Below the pieces are notes generated by a model. The model made no database searches. It worked only from the letters and a program-made list of their open reading frames with translations, and was not told the DNA's origin. A DNA stretch of 60,447 nt, filler included, from an uncultured Myxococcia bacterium (lineage in GTDB: Bacteria > CAZTWC01), in the NCBI GenBank assembly GCA_964617105.1. It is 6 parts of 6 records of this genome, joined end to end, with 100 filler letters (N's around TTAATTAATTAA, not from the genome) between each part and the next. Parts side by side here need not be neighbours in the genome. Positions count along the whole stretch, not along the records: positions 30,391 to 40,366 come from CAZTWC010000123.1; positions 40,467 to 50,413 come from CAZTWC010000124.1; 4 more parts are not named here. One strand, given 5' to 3'. Every line of letters begins with the position of its first letter. The stretch's first letter is position 1. Position numbers and translations under genes: made by a program. Below, piece after piece: positions 30,391-41,029 of this stretch.

Positions 30391-31286
30391 TGTTCCTACA
30401 CATCACCGGACGGCGTGAAGATGGCTATCACCTGCTGTCCAGCCTGATGACGCCCGTTAACTTATACGACATCCTGATCGTGGAAAAGGCTGAAAAAGGG
30501 GTTACCATCGATTGTCCCGGTTACCGCCAAATAAACCAGGGAAATATATGTGAAAAAGCGGCAGAAAAGTTCCTTCAGCAAACCGCTATTAAATCGGGCC
30601 TGAAAATCACCCTGTTTAAAAATATCCCCCTGGGAGCGGGCCTGGGCGGAGGTTCATCGGACGCAGCCTTTACCTTGGCTGCCCTGCAGGAAATATTTGG
30701 AAATCCACTGGCCGCTGATAAACTTGAGCATTTGGCCGCTTCCATCGGCGCAGATGTCCCCTTTTTCCTCCATGGCCAGCCGGCAATGGTCACTGGAGTC
30801 GGTGAAAAAATCGAACTTCTGGATGATTGGGAGAAACTGACCCATTTAACCCTCTTATTGGTCAAACCAAATTTTTCTATATCAACTGTCCAGGTATATA
30901 AGGCATACAGAAATTTAGAGTTGACAAAATCAACTGGAAATGATAACAAATCTCAGCTAAGACTTTTACGCTCTATAAATGATTATTGCCTTTATGGCAA
31001 TGATTTAGAAACCGTTTGTCTGCCTAAATACCCGGAACTTGTGGAAATCAAAGACAAGTTAACCCAGGGAGGCGCTTTAAAAGCGCTTATGAGCGGCAGC
31101 GGTTCTGCGGTTTTTGGCATATTTGATTCCCAGGAAACCGCCCGGCGGCAATTAGCCCAGTTTACCGCCACCGATAAACAGTATTGGACGAAAATTGTTA
31201 AAATTGCTGGGGCGTCGTCAAGTGGTAAGACACAGGGTTTTGGTCCCTGCATCGCGGGTTCGAGTCCTGCCGCCCCAGCCATCTAA
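30391..31286 (+). CDS. ispE: 4-diphosphocytidyl-2-C-methyl-D-erythritol kinase (5'-truncated)
   Basis: LHITGRREDGYHLL, KNIPLGAGLGGGSSDAA, GADVPFF, MSGSGS. Confidence 0.93.
31208..31281 (+). tRNA. tRNA-Gln (UUG)
   Basis: Acceptor TGGGGCG/CGCCCCA, anticodon arm CAGGG-TTTTGGT-CCCTG, GGTTCGAGTCC T-arm, encoded CCA. Confidence 0.96.
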
Positions 31287-31295
31287 ATTGTGTTC

Positions 31296-31348
31296 ACCTA
31301 AAGTGAGCGATTTTATGAGGACTCCCATAATTTTCGCTCACTTCAGGT
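31296..31348 (+). other. Hairpin between tRNA-Gln and rplY
   Basis: AAGTGAGCGA (31301-31310) pairs with TCGCTCACTT (31334-31343), extended by ACCT/AGGT. Confidence 0.5.
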
Positions 31349-31366
31349 AGGATAGGGAGAGATTAA

Positions 31367-32005
31367 ATGGAACAGATCAATATCAAACCTTTCATCAGAA
31401 AAAGTACCGGAAAATCATACGCGAAAAAATTGCGGGCCAAAGGATTCGTCCCGGCTATCTGTTACCGCCAGGGAAAAGAGAACCTGATGTTGGAATTAGC
31501 CTATAGCGACATTGATAAAATACTGCGGTCAACCATGAAACTCAACAGTATTATCAATCTTGATTTGTCTGAATATGATCTTCCGCAAAAAAGAGTAATT
31601 ATCAAGGGTACCCAGCACCATCCTTTGGTTGACAATATGCTGCACCTGGATTTTCTGGAGATCGAAAAGAATGAGAAGATCAAAATCAAATTACCTCTAA
31701 TTCTAAACGGTAAACCCGAAGGGGTTAAGATGGGAGGCATATTGCAGCAGACCCGGCGCAGCATTATGATTGAGGCTCTGCCCGAGAATATCCATCCTAA
31801 CATTCAGGTAGATATTAGTGAAATGGAACTTGGAGACACCATGCATGTGTCTGATTTGACCTTGCCTGATGGCATAATTCCCATCTATACCGGCGATTAT
31901 TCCATTGCTTCTATTATAGCGCCGGACGTGGAAGAAGAGGAAGTGGAAGTGGAAGAAGAGGAAACGGAAGTGGAAGTGGAAGAAGAGGAGGCTACCGAGG
32001 AATAA
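31367..32005 (+). CDS. rplY: 50S ribosomal protein L25/Ctc
   Basis: GKSYAKKLRAKGFVPAICY, HLDF, GVKMGG; acidic repeat tail. Confidence 0.93.
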   Translation: MEQINIKPFIRKSTGKSYAKKLRAKGFVPAICYRQGKENLMLELAYSDIDKILRSTMKLNSIINLDLSEYDLPQKRVIIKGTQHHPLVDNMLHLDFLEIEKNEKIKIKLPLILNGKPEGVKMGGILQQTRRSIMIEALPENIHPNIQVDISEMELGDTMHVSDLTLPDGIIPIYTGDYSIASIIAPDVEEEEVEVEEEETEVEVEEEEATEE

Positions 32006-32025
32006 ATTTGTTAAGTTGGCAGATT

Positions 32026-32634
32026 ATGAAAAGACTGATCGTCGGTTTGGGAAATCCTGGAAAAAAATATCAACTAAACCGCCATAATATCGGTTTTAAC
32101 ATTATTGACCAATATTTGATTGGCAAAGGGGCCGGCAAAAAAATATCTTGGAAAAACAAGTTTAATGGCAAAATATTCCTCTGGTCAGAAAAGGAAACTA
32201 TCTTTTTCAAGCCGCAAACTTTTATGAATTTGAGCGGAAAAGCGGTTGAGCAAGCGGCAAATTTTTATAAACTATTGCCGGAAGATATATTGATTATACA
32301 CGATGATCTAGACCTGACCACCGCCAGAATAAAATTTAAAAAAGGTGGCGGCGTTGGAGGACATAGAGGTTTGGAATCTATTGCCGATTACATTGACAGT
32401 TTTCAGTTCAATCGGCTTCGATTCGGAATCGGCCGTCCTGCTCAGGTAAATCAGTCTACCGAGTCCCAGTTAGAGGATAAAAGGGAATCTATCAGCAACT
32501 ACGTATTGTGCGATTTTGATTCCAGCGAAGAGAAGGTAGTAGAAACCATAATCCCTTCCTTAATTGAAGCCATAGACTTCTATTTTAATAATGATATAGA
32601 AGCCACAATGAATAAATATAATAGGTTAAGTTAA
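32026..32634 (+). CDS. pth: Peptidyl-tRNA hydrolase
   Basis: LIVGLGNPG..Y..NRHNIGF, KPQTFMNLSG, HDDLDL, GGHRGL. Confidence 0.95.
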   Translation: MKRLIVGLGNPGKKYQLNRHNIGFNIIDQYLIGKGAGKKISWKNKFNGKIFLWSEKETIFFKPQTFMNLSGKAVEQAANFYKLLPEDILIIHDDLDLTTARIKFKKGGGVGGHRGLESIADYIDSFQFNRLRFGIGRPAQVNQSTESQLEDKRESISNYVLCDFDSSEEKVVETIIPSLIEAIDFYFNNDIEATMNKYNRLS

Positions 32635-32678
32635 TAGTCATCATAAATTAGAACATTCAAACAGGAGGAAAAAAAGAG

Positions 32679-34715
32679 ATGCAAAATTACTTTTATTTAG
32701 TTCTGGGTGTCGGGGCTCTGGCCCTGTTTTTTGCGGTCATAAAGGCTGTCTGGGTTAAAAACCAGGAAATGGGTACTGACCGCATGAAAGAGATCGCTGG
32801 CTATATTAAAGAGGGCGCCATGGCCTTTTTGCAGAAAGAATATTCTGTTTTGGCCATTTTCGTGGTAGTGGTAGCGGTTCTTTTGGCCGTCGCTAACCAT
32901 GGTAAAGCAGACAGTTCCTGGATGATTGCCATCTCTTTTATTTTTGGTGCTGTCTGTTCCGGCATGGCCGGTTTTTTTGGCATGCATGTGGCTACCGATG
33001 CCAACGTGCGCACCACCAACGCTGCCCGGACCAGCCTCAATGAGGCCCTGCTCATCGCCTTCAACGGCGGCGCCGTCATGGGAATGGCCGTGGTAGGACT
33101 GGGCGTGCTGGGAATCGGCACCCTGATGTTGGTTTACACCAATATGTGGAGCGACATGGACAAAGTCTTATCCGTGGTGGCTGGTTTCTCCCTGGGGGCT
33201 TCATCTATCGCCTTGTTCGCCAGAGTGGGCGGTGGAATATACACCAAGGCCGCAGATGTGGGCGCTGACCTGGTGGGTAAAGTGGAAGCCGGTATCCCGG
33301 AAGATGACCCCCGCAACCCGGCGGTTATCGCTGATAACGTGGGTGACAATGTGGGTGACGTGGCCGGTATGGGCGCTGACCTGTTTGAATCTTATGTGGG
33401 TGCCATCATCGGCTCCATGATCCTGGGCTGGGCCTCAGGCAATATCAATGCAGTAATTTTACCTCTTTTACTGGCTGGTACCGGAATTATCGTTTCCATT
33501 ATTGCCACTTTTTTTGTTAAAACCAAAGAGGGTGGAAATCCCCAAAATGCTCTGAATATTGGCACTTTTGCCGCCGGCGCCCTGATGCTGGTGTTTGCCT
33601 ACTTTGTTATCCAGGCTATCATACCGGGAAAGATTGGTTACGAAGGTGTGTATGCAGAATATACTGGCAATGGTGTTTTTATGGCCACCATCGCCGGCTT
33701 AATTGCCGGTATCCTGGTGGGAGTAACCACTGAGTATTTCTGCTCCAAGGACCGTCCCCCGGTACAGAATATCGCCGAAGCCTCCAATACCGGTGCTGCA
33801 ACCAACATCATTCAAGGCCTGGCAGTTGGCATGAGATCCACTGCTTTACCCTTGATTTTTATCGCTGCGGCCATTGTAGTGGCTTACAACTTTGCCGGTC
33901 TCTACGGAATAGCCATTTCTGCTCTGGGTATGCTCTCAACCACTGGGATCCAGTTGGCGGTTGACGCCTACGGTCCGGTGGCCGACAATGCCGGCGGTAT
34001 TGCCGAGATGAGTGAATTACCCCCCGAAGTACGGGGCAGAACTGACAAACTGGATGCCGTTGGTAATACCACTGCCGCCATTGGTAAAGGTTTCGCTATC
34101 GGCTCCGCTGCTTTGACCGCGTTGTCACTGTTTGCTGCTTACAAAACCAAAGTTGGCATCACCGAATTGGATATCACCCAACCGGTTATTATGGCTGGAG
34201 TGCTATTAGGCGCCATGCTACCTTTCCTCTTCTCCTCCATGGCCATGGAGGCTGTGGGCAAGGCTGCCAATGCCATGATCGAAGAAGTACGCCGCCAATT
34301 TAGAGAAATCCCCGGCCTGATGGAAGGCAAAGCCACAGCAGAATACGCCACCTGTGTAGAAATTTCCACCACTTCGGCCATCAAACAGATGGTGCTTCCG
34401 GGGTTGATGGCAATATCCGTACCGGTAGTGGTTGGTTTTGTTGATAAAGACGCCCTGGGTGGATTGCTGGCCGGTGTAACCGTTAGTGGTGTTCTCATGG
34501 CAATTTTTATGGCCAACGCTGGTGGTGCCTGGGATAACGCCAAGAAATATATTGAAGAAGGCGCTCATGGCGGTAAGGGATCTGATGCACACAAAGCCGC
34601 TGTTATCGGCGATACCGTGGGCGATCCTTTCAAAGATACCGCTGGTCCCTCCCTTAATATTCTAATCAAGTTAATGTCAGTGGTGGCTGTAGTTATCGCA
34701 CCGCTAATCAAATAG
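32679..34715 (+). CDS. hppA: Membrane-integral pyrophosphatase, K+-dependent, probably Na+-translocating
   Basis: [42 protein letters not shown] (K+-dependent Ala), DLFESY gate Glu, [10 protein letters not shown]. Confidence 0.95.
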   Translation: MQNYFYLVLGVGALALFFAVIKAVWVKNQEMGTDRMKEIAGYIKEGAMAFLQKEYSVLAIFVVVVAVLLAVANHGKADSSWMIAISFIFGAVCSGMAGFFGMHVATDANVRTTNAARTSLNEALLIAFNGGAVMGMAVVGLGVLGIGTLMLVYTNMWSDMDKVLSVVAGFSLGASSIALFARVGGGIYTKAADVGADLVGKVEAGIPEDDPRNPAVIADNVGDNVGDVAGMGADLFESYVGAIIGSMILGWASGNINAVILPLLLAGTGIIVSIIATFFVKTKEGGNPQNALNIGTFAAGALMLVFAYFVIQAIIPGKIGYEGVYAEYTGNGVFMATIAGLIAGILVGVTTEYFCSKDRPPVQNIAEASNTGAATNIIQGLAVGMRSTALPLIFIAAAIVVAYNFAGLYGIAISALGMLSTTGIQLAVDAYGPVADNAGGIAEMSELPPEVRGRTDKLDAVGNTTAAIGKGFAIGSAALTALSLFAAYKTKVGITELDITQPVIMAGVLLGAMLPFLFSSMAMEAVGKAANAMIEEVRRQFREIPGLMEGKATAEYATCVEISTTSAIKQMVLPGLMAISVPVVVGFVDKDALGGLLAGVTVSGVLMAIFMANAGGAWDNAKKYIEEGAHGGKGSDAHKAAVIGDTVGDPFKDTAGPSLNILIKLMSVVAVVIAPLIK

Positions 34716-34723
34716 AACTTTAT

Positions 34724-34777
34724 ATTCCTTGCCCCTGTCTGCAATGCAGTAGACGGGGGCTAAAAGCCCGAAAGGAT
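34724..34777 (+). promoter_or_regulatory. S6:S18 ribosomal-protein leader RNA
   Basis: TTCCTT-GCCCC...GGGGGC-TAAAAG-CCCG-AAAGGA directly before rpsF; stem, CCG motif and SD-sequestering stem match the known rpsF leader. Confidence 0.7.
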
Positions 34778-34782
34778 AAATC

Positions 34783-35163
34783 ATGATAAATTATTTACGA
34801 CAATACGAAACCATAGTTATCTACAAGCCCGATCTTAATGACGATAGTTTGCAGAAAATGCAGGACCGCGTCACCAGCATTGTGGAAAAAAACCATGGCA
34901 AAATGATCACCGTCAACAAGTTAGGCAAAAGAAAACTGGCCTACCAGGTTAAAAAACAAACACTAGCCCATTACCTCCACTATGTCTACTTGGGCGAAGG
35001 CCCGCTCACCAGACTTTTAGCCGAAGATTTAAAAAACTTTGACCAGGTTATGAAACATATGACTATAATCATAAAAGATAGAGTCAATCCCGACGATCCC
35101 AGTGACATTGAAGAGAACATTTTTGTTCCCCGGCGGGAAGACTCTGGTGAAGGTTTCGAATAA
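34783..35163 (+). CDS. rpsF: 30S ribosomal protein S6
   Basis: RQYETIVIYKPDL, GKRKLAYQVKK. Confidence 0.93.
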   Translation: MINYLRQYETIVIYKPDLNDDSLQKMQDRVTSIVEKNHGKMITVNKLGKRKLAYQVKKQTLAHYLHYVYLGEGPLTRLLAEDLKNFDQVMKHMTIIIKDRVNPDDPSDIEENIFVPRREDSGEGFE

Positions 35164-35235
35164 ACAATGCGCCTGGCAATCCAAACTAACAAAACTGGAG
35201 ATTAACGCCGGCTAAATTATCAGGAGGTTTAAATA

Positions 35236-35469
35236 ATGCGAAATAAGGTCTATCATCGTAAAAAGATTTGCCGTTTTTGTGCTGATGAAAAATTATCCAT
35301 CGACTATAAAAATGTATCTATTCTCAGACATTTTATTACCGAACGGGGCAAAATAATCCCCAGGAGAATTTCTGGCAATTGCGCCAAGCACCAGAGAAAA
35401 CTTACTATTGCCATAAAAAGAGCAAGGGAGATCGCTTTTATCCCCTATACTGCAGTTCACCAGTTGTAA
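35236..35469 (+). CDS. rpsR: 30S ribosomal protein S18 (Zn-binding type)
   Basis: [31 protein letters not shown]. Confidence 0.96.
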   Translation: MRNKVYHRKKICRFCADEKLSIDYKNVSILRHFITERGKIIPRRISGNCAKHQRKLTIAIKRAREIAFIPYTAVHQL

Positions 35470-35480
35470 AAGGAGCGGAA

Positions 35481-36032
35481 ATGAAAGTTATTTTAATAGA
35501 AGATGTTCCTAACCTGGGTAAAATCGGAGATATTACCACCGTGGCCAATGGGTACGGTAGAAATTTTTTATTACCCAAACAGTTTGCTATTTCAGCCGAC
35601 AAAAAAAACCTAAAACGGTTTGAGCACCAAAAAAGGTTGGTGGAATTAAAAAAGGCTCAGCAGAGAAAAGAGGCCCAGTCTTTAAAAGACAAACTGGTCT
35701 CAACTTCCTTTACTATTGCCTGTAAAGTAGGTGAGCAGAACAAACTATACGGTTCGGTAACTGCCCAGGATATTGAAAAAATCATCCATAGCGAAGGAAT
35801 TAAAGAAATTTCCCGTCGCGATATCATACTTGAGAAGCCCATCAAAGAGATTGGTATTTTCAATGTGGATGTCAAAATCCATGCCGAAGTAAGCACCAAA
35901 ATCAAGTTATATGTGGTACCTGATTCAAGAGATCCAGAGGAGATGGAACCGAAAAAAAGTACGGAAGAAAATGTAGAAGGTGTAGATGAAGGAACCAACG
36001 AAGATGGACGCCACCAAGATTCTACCCTATAA
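35481..36032 (+). CDS. rplI: 50S ribosomal protein L9
   Basis: MKVILIEDVPNLGKIGD..VANGYGRNFLLP, KLYGSVT; SD AAGGAG before ATG 35481. Confidence 0.95.
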   Translation: MKVILIEDVPNLGKIGDITTVANGYGRNFLLPKQFAISADKKNLKRFEHQKRLVELKKAQQRKEAQSLKDKLVSTSFTIACKVGEQNKLYGSVTAQDIEKIIHSEGIKEISRRDIILEKPIKEIGIFNVDVKIHAEVSTKIKLYVVPDSRDPEEMEPKKSTEENVEGVDEGTNEDGRHQDSTL

Positions 36033-37371
36033 TTTAGAGGCTGAAAAATCTGTCTTGGGAGGGATTCTTCTAGACCAATCCCTCTTTTCCAGTGTCAGCC
36101 AAACCCTAAATAAACCCGATTTTTTCTACCTGGAAAATTATCAAATTATTTTCAGGGCCATCTATGATCTGGCGGCGGACCACCAACCTATAGATATAAT
36201 CAGCCTTTCCGACAAGTTAAAAAAACTGGACTGCCTGGAAAAACTGGGCGGTATCGCTTTTCTCAATTCTCTTACCGATGACGTGGTTGCCTCTGAGCCC
36301 AACGTCAATTTTCATGCCGAGATAATCCGGGAAAAATATATTCGCCGCGAGTTAAATAGTGTAGGTCATGATATATCTTCTATCAGTTGTAATCAAACCA
36401 TAGATTTTGAAGATTGTATCAACCAGTCACAGCAACTTGTTTTTGAAGTCACTAAAGAAAAAAGCCAAAAAAGCATGGTTCCATTGAACCAGGTTATTAA
36501 AAAAAACAGAGAGTATATCGATAAACTACTAAAAGGTGACGCATCTTTGGCCGGCCTGGAAACAGGATATAAAGACCTGGATAATCTGCTGAGTGGCGGG
36601 TTTCAAAAATCGACCCTGATTATCCTGGCGGCTCTTACTTCTGTGGGTAAGACCACCCTTGCCTTAAATATTGCTGCCAATGTGGCCAATCGAGGGATTG
36701 GTGTCGGGGTATTCTCCCTGGAAATGTCGGCCGAAGAATTAGGTTTAAGATTATGGGCATCAGAGGCCAGGGTGAATATCGGTAAATTCAGAAGAGGAGA
36801 ACAAACTGCCAAAGAATCCTCCAAATTAGTCAAATACGCCCACAAGATGGGACAACTTCCCATCCACATTGATGACTCGAGTAAATCTTTGATGACTTTA
36901 ATGGGTAACGCCAGACAACTGTTGGCAAAGCATAATAATGTGGGTTTAATTGTTATTGATTATCTGCAGTTAATGGAATATGGTATTTCTCCCACCGGAC
37001 AGTCAAAAAAGTTTGAGAATTTTCAAAGAGAAGTTGCCACTATCTCACGCGCCTTGAAATTATTGGCAAATGAACTAAAAGTCCCCTTGCTGGTTCTATC
37101 GCAATTAAGCAGAAAGCCCATTGAAAGGGGGAAAGATAAGCGACCCATGCTGTCAGATCTACGTGATTCAGGAGCTATTGAGCAAGATGCAGATATGGTG
37201 ATCTTTCTTCACCGTGACGATTACTTTGACAAAGAAAAAAAAGAAAATGATGCGCAAAGCACCACTTCAGAAGTTATTATTCAGAAAAACCGTAACGGCC
37301 AAACCGGTACCATCAAGTTGAATTTTTTCAGCCAATTTACCCGATTTGATGCCCATGAACCCAACTATTAA
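35986..37371 (+). CDS. dnaB: Replicative DNA helicase
   Basis: PYNLEAEKSVLG, FSLEMS, IDYLQLM, LSQLSR, RPMLSDLRDSGAIEQDAD, KNRNG; start may be 36004. Confidence 0.95.
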   Translation: MKEPTKMDATKILPYNLEAEKSVLGGILLDQSLFSSVSQTLNKPDFFYLENYQIIFRAIYDLAADHQPIDIISLSDKLKKLDCLEKLGGIAFLNSLTDDVVASEPNVNFHAEIIREKYIRRELNSVGHDISSISCNQTIDFEDCINQSQQLVFEVTKEKSQKSMVPLNQVIKKNREYIDKLLKGDASLAGLETGYKDLDNLLSGGFQKSTLIILAALTSVGKTTLALNIAANVANRGIGVGVFSLEMSAEELGLRLWASEARVNIGKFRRGEQTAKESSKLVKYAHKMGQLPIHIDDSSKSLMTLMGNARQLLAKHNNVGLIVIDYLQLMEYGISPTGQSKKFENFQREVATISRALKLLANELKVPLLVLSQLSRKPIERGKDKRPMLSDLRDSGAIEQDADMVIFLHRDDYFDKEKKENDAQSTTSEVIIQKNRNGQTGTIKLNFFSQFTRFDAHEPNY

Positions 37372-37485
37372 AATTAGTATTCAACCCTTTATTGAAATCC
37401 CGGGAATTCTTTTCATTCTTAAAGCTTGCAATGTCAACCTAAATATGGTTGTATATTTCATCTATTAACCCTTAATTAATAAGGT

Positions 37486-37836
37486 ATGGCTACTATGGAA
37501 ATTGAAACCATTGACAAAGGTGGATATACAATTGTCAAATTAAATGGTGTTCTAACCGGAGTCGATAACGCCCGCCAGGTTAAAAAAGTATGGGACGCCC
37601 TGGATGGTGATGATAGAAATACCGTAATTGTGGACCTGAAAGATATCACTTTTGCTGACAGTACCGGCATCGCCACCTTGATAGTTGGTTACAAGAAGAT
37701 GAAGCAGAAAGGTGGTAACCTGTTTATTGCCAACTCCAACAGCACCATCAAAGATATATTTAGAGTAACCAAACTGGATGTGGTTTTTAAACTGTTTGAT
37801 TCTGTGTCCAAGGCAGAACAGCATATTAGCAATTAA
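37486..37836 (+). CDS. STAS anti-sigma-factor antagonist
   Basis: IVDLKDITFADSTGIATL with phosphorylatable Ser; IFRVTKLD. Confidence 0.9.
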   Translation: MATMEIETIDKGGYTIVKLNGVLTGVDNARQVKKVWDALDGDDRNTVIVDLKDITFADSTGIATLIVGYKKMKQKGGNLFIANSNSTIKDIFRVTKLDVVFKLFDSVSKAEQHISN

Positions 37837-37902
37837 AGCCTGTTCAGCAAATAAATTTTCCCAAATTTTATTCAGAATCACCCCCAACTATTTGGATGCG
37901 AT

Positions 37903-38838
37903 ATGAGTACGGATAAAAGCAAAAAGCATATTTTAGTAGTTGACGATGAAGATGTTTACGTGACCATGCTTGGTAACCTGGTAAGACGTGATGGATACCA
38001 GGTAACCACTGCATCTAATGGTAAACAAGCCCTGGAACTAGTCAACCAGCATAAAATAGACTTAATCCTCAGCGATGTCAATATGCCCTATATGAACGGT
38101 CTGGAACTATTGGAGGAGATCCATAATTCTACCGAGCAAATACCAATAATGTTTGTTACTGGTTTAGAGGATGCCCAGGAGATTATCAAGGCATTCCGGC
38201 TGGGAGTAGCCAATATAATCAGCAAACCCTTTGAAATAGAACAGATACTACATACCATAGAGCGTTTCTTCAACGCTCAAAAAGAGTTCTTATCGGAAAC
38301 AGATTTTGAGTCTAACTTTTTACAACGAGAAACCAGCGAATTTATACTACCAACCAATTTTGAAACCATCGGCAAAATAAACGCTTTTATTCTAACAAAA
38401 TTAAGCCGCCGAAAAGTGTTTACCGAAAACGACCTCCTTTCTATTAAGTTGTCTCTTTACGAAATCATCCACAACGCGATGAAACATGGAAACCTGGAGA
38501 TCGATTACCAGGAAGAGTCGGATATCTACGAAAAAAAAGGGACCGTAGAAGATATTATCACCAAAAAATTAGAAAATCCGGAATTACGCAATCGAAAGGT
38601 TTCCATTGTTTTAAGACAATTGGAAGACCGGGCGGAGATAGAAATTAACGATCAGGGACCAGGCTTCGACCATACCAACCTGCCCGATCCAACCGTGCCG
38701 GAAAATCTGCTGCTGGAACACGGTCGCGGTATCCTTCTAACCAGACTCCACATGGATGATGTTTACTTCAACCAAAAAGGGAACCAAATTACTCTGGTAA
38801 AAAATTACACCACCACTCTGCCCGCTTTACATAAGTAA
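37903..38838 (+). CDS. Receiver domain fused to an RsbW-like HATPase (anti-sigma kinase)
   Basis: ILVVDDE...DVNMP receiver; EIIHNAMKHGN, INDQGPGFD, LPDPT.PENL..EHGRGI. Confidence 0.88.
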   Translation: MSTDKSKKHILVVDDEDVYVTMLGNLVRRDGYQVTTASNGKQALELVNQHKIDLILSDVNMPYMNGLELLEEIHNSTEQIPIMFVTGLEDAQEIIKAFRLGVANIISKPFEIEQILHTIERFFNAQKEFLSETDFESNFLQRETSEFILPTNFETIGKINAFILTKLSRRKVFTENDLLSIKLSLYEIIHNAMKHGNLEIDYQEESDIYEKKGTVEDIITKKLENPELRNRKVSIVLRQLEDRAEIEINDQGPGFDHTNLPDPTVPENLLLEHGRGILLTRLHMDDVYFNQKGNQITLVKNYTTTLPALHK

Positions 38839-39453
38839 TTTTAACTGTTTCTTTATCTCCCCAAATATAAAATCGATATCATCCTGCCCTTCTACTATAC
38901 AAAGATTCTCTATCTTTTCCTGAATAAAAACTTGGCGGTATTGTTTATCTAATTTATTTTGAAACTCCAGTTTTTCGTATATCTCCAACTGCTCTTTTCT
39001 CGATTTCACTCTATGGCCGGCTGTTTTAGCATCCAGGGTAAGAAAAATAGTCAGATCTGGCATAAACCTCAAGGCTCTGGCATTTAATCGCTGCACCAGG
39101 CTATAGAGTTTGCTGACCCCATCTCCCCCCTGATAGGCCATGGATGAAGCCACATACCGATCGGATATTACCCACTTCCCCTGTTCCAATGCCGGAATAA
39201 TAGTTGCATCCAGATGCTCCAGGCGGTCGGCTGCAAAAAGCATGGCTATGATTTCTGTGCCCTTTTCCCCTTCCGGCAAATAGTGCTGGCCTGATAAATA
39301 GCCTCGAATGGTGTTTCCAATGGGACCTTCGGTGGGTTCAGCAGTCAACAGGCAAGATAATCCAGATTTTTCCAGATATTGGCTAATTCTTTTTGCCTGA
39401 GTAGTGGTGCCAGAACCGTCTATCCCTTCCAAAACAATAAATTTTCCGGTCAT
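38827..39453 (-). CDS. tmk: Thymidylate kinase
   Basis: FIVLEGIDGSGTTTQ, LFAADR.EH, ISDRY..SSMAYQG, PDLT. Confidence 0.93.
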   Translation of the reverse strand: MTGKFIVLEGIDGSGTTTQAKRISQYLEKSGLSCLLTAEPTEGPIGNTIRGYLSGQHYLPEGEKGTEIIAMLFAADRLEHLDATIIPALEQGKWVISDRYVASSMAYQGGDGVSKLYSLVQRLNARALRFMPDLTIFLTLDAKTAGHRVKSRKEQLEIYEKLEFQNKLDKQYRQVFIQEKIENLCIVEGQDDIDFIFGEIKKQLKLLM

Positions 39454-39503
39454 CTCATCCCCTCAGTTTTCCCCTTACCTTTTGATGATATGCAATTGGG
39501 CAG

Positions 39504-40366
39504 TTAGTGCCCTACCCGTCTGTCCGGTGGCGACACCAGGCTCAAAATCTGCCTGATTTTTTGAGAATTGGCTGGCCGGCTAATGGCTTTTACCTCCTCA
39601 ATGATTAGCGTAATCTGGTCCAGCAGGTTTTGCCCTTCCAGGTAGTTATAAAATCGTTTCTTTATTTCGCGGGCGGTCTTGCCACTGTGGGAGGGAAAAC
39701 TGCTGACAAAAAGAATTCTCAACCGATTTTGTGATTCGTGGATCAATTGATATTGCTTTAGACCTTCAATTTCTAAAAAAAGCACTTCAAAAGCAATAGG
39801 AGGATAGGTATGATATTTCCCCTGTTGATCATGCAAATAAAAGATGTCATCGGTGCGGCCATGCACCTGGATCACTGGCAATTGGATTCCGCAACCGCAT
39901 TTTTCCCCGGTAAAAGTAACTGAATCGGTTAATTCATACCGGATAATCGGTTGTATATAATTTAGCAGATTGGTGATTAAAATTTTATGAGAGGGCTGTC
40001 CCGAAGGAACCGGTCGATTGTTCTCATCAACCCCTTCGATTATGCAAAAATCTGAATTCAGGTGCAATCTTCCATGACAACACTGGTTGGCCAACACCAG
40101 GCATTCGCTGGTGCCATAAGACTCACTGATAAAGGCATTTTTAAAGGCATTACCAATAATTTTCCTGGTTCGGGGGCTTAATGGTTCGCTGCCCAGGGAG
40201 ATAAACTCCGGATCTATTTTCAGGCTTCCCTCCATCTTGGCATAAGCCAGTAATTCAAAATGGGTAGGATATCCGTGTAAAAAGTGGGGCTGGAATTTAT
40301 TTAATTGGGTCACAATGGTATCAAGTTTTTCCAGGATGGAAAAATTTTCAATATCGGTTATCAACT
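39504..40366 (-). CDS. Phenylacetate-CoA ligase/CapK-like adenylate-forming enzyme, 5'-truncated
   Basis: GYPT, SYGTSEC, LITNL.N..QPIIRYELTD, HGRTDD. Confidence 0.85.
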
Positions 40367-40466
40367 NNNNNNNNNNNNNNNNNNNNNNNNNNNNNNNNNN
40401 NNNNNNNNNNTTAATTAATTAANNNNNNNNNNNNNNNNNNNNNNNNNNNNNNNNNNNNNNNNNNNN

Positions 40467-40933
40467 TATATACTTTTTTCAATCAGTTCTTTTCATCCGG
40501 TTTTGGTTCAGCCCATCTGAAGGCGGGTACCCCTGCCCCTGTTTTTTCCCTATTGAGGTTAAATGGCGTGGGAAAACAGTCGCTTGAGGACTTTAAAGGC
40601 AAAGTTGTGGTGCTAAATTTTTTCGCCACCTGGTGCTCATCGTGCAGGCAGCAGATGCCCGACCTTATCCGTTTGCATAATCAGGCCGGTCTGGATAATC
40701 TGGTTGTTGTCGGTATCAGCGGCGATAGTTCGCTGACCGAAATTAGAGATTATCTCGGTCAAAAGAAGATTAACTTTCCTGTTTTTCTCGGAAATGATAA
40801 GGCATTTAAAGATTTTGGCGTAAAAGTATTGCCGACAACCTATCTAATCAATGGCAGCGGAGTGATCAAGGGCGGTGTTCAGGGGCAGATTGGGTATGAT
40901 AATTTGTTAGCGGAAATCGGGAAATTGGAATGA
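40467..40933 (+). CDS. TlpA-family thiol:disulfide oxidoreductase, 5'-truncated
   Basis: SLEDFKGKVVVLNFFATWCSSC, LPTTYLIN. Confidence 0.85.
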
Positions 40934-40994
40934 ACCATTGGCAAAGTGATTGGCCGGGTGGTCGACACCCCATCCTTCCGGCTCTTAATACAAT

Positions 40995-41023
40995 TTGACA
41001 TAATACCAGGTGATGTATATATT
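40995..41023 (+). promoter_or_regulatory. Sigma-70-type promoter of rseP (predicted leaderless transcript)
   Basis: TTGACA 40995-41000, 17 nt spacer, TATATT 41018-41023; ATG at 41030. Confidence 0.6.
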
Positions 41024-41029
41024 ATCTGA

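Noticed and set aside
31928-31992. GAAGTGGAAGAAGAG tandem repeats as a repeat array or CRISPR
   Set aside because: They encode the ordinary acidic tail of L25; no spacers, and no CRISPR array was seen anywhere in the window
34731-34760. Hairpin after hppA as an intrinsic terminator
   Set aside because: No U-tract; better explained as part of the S6:S18 leader of rpsF
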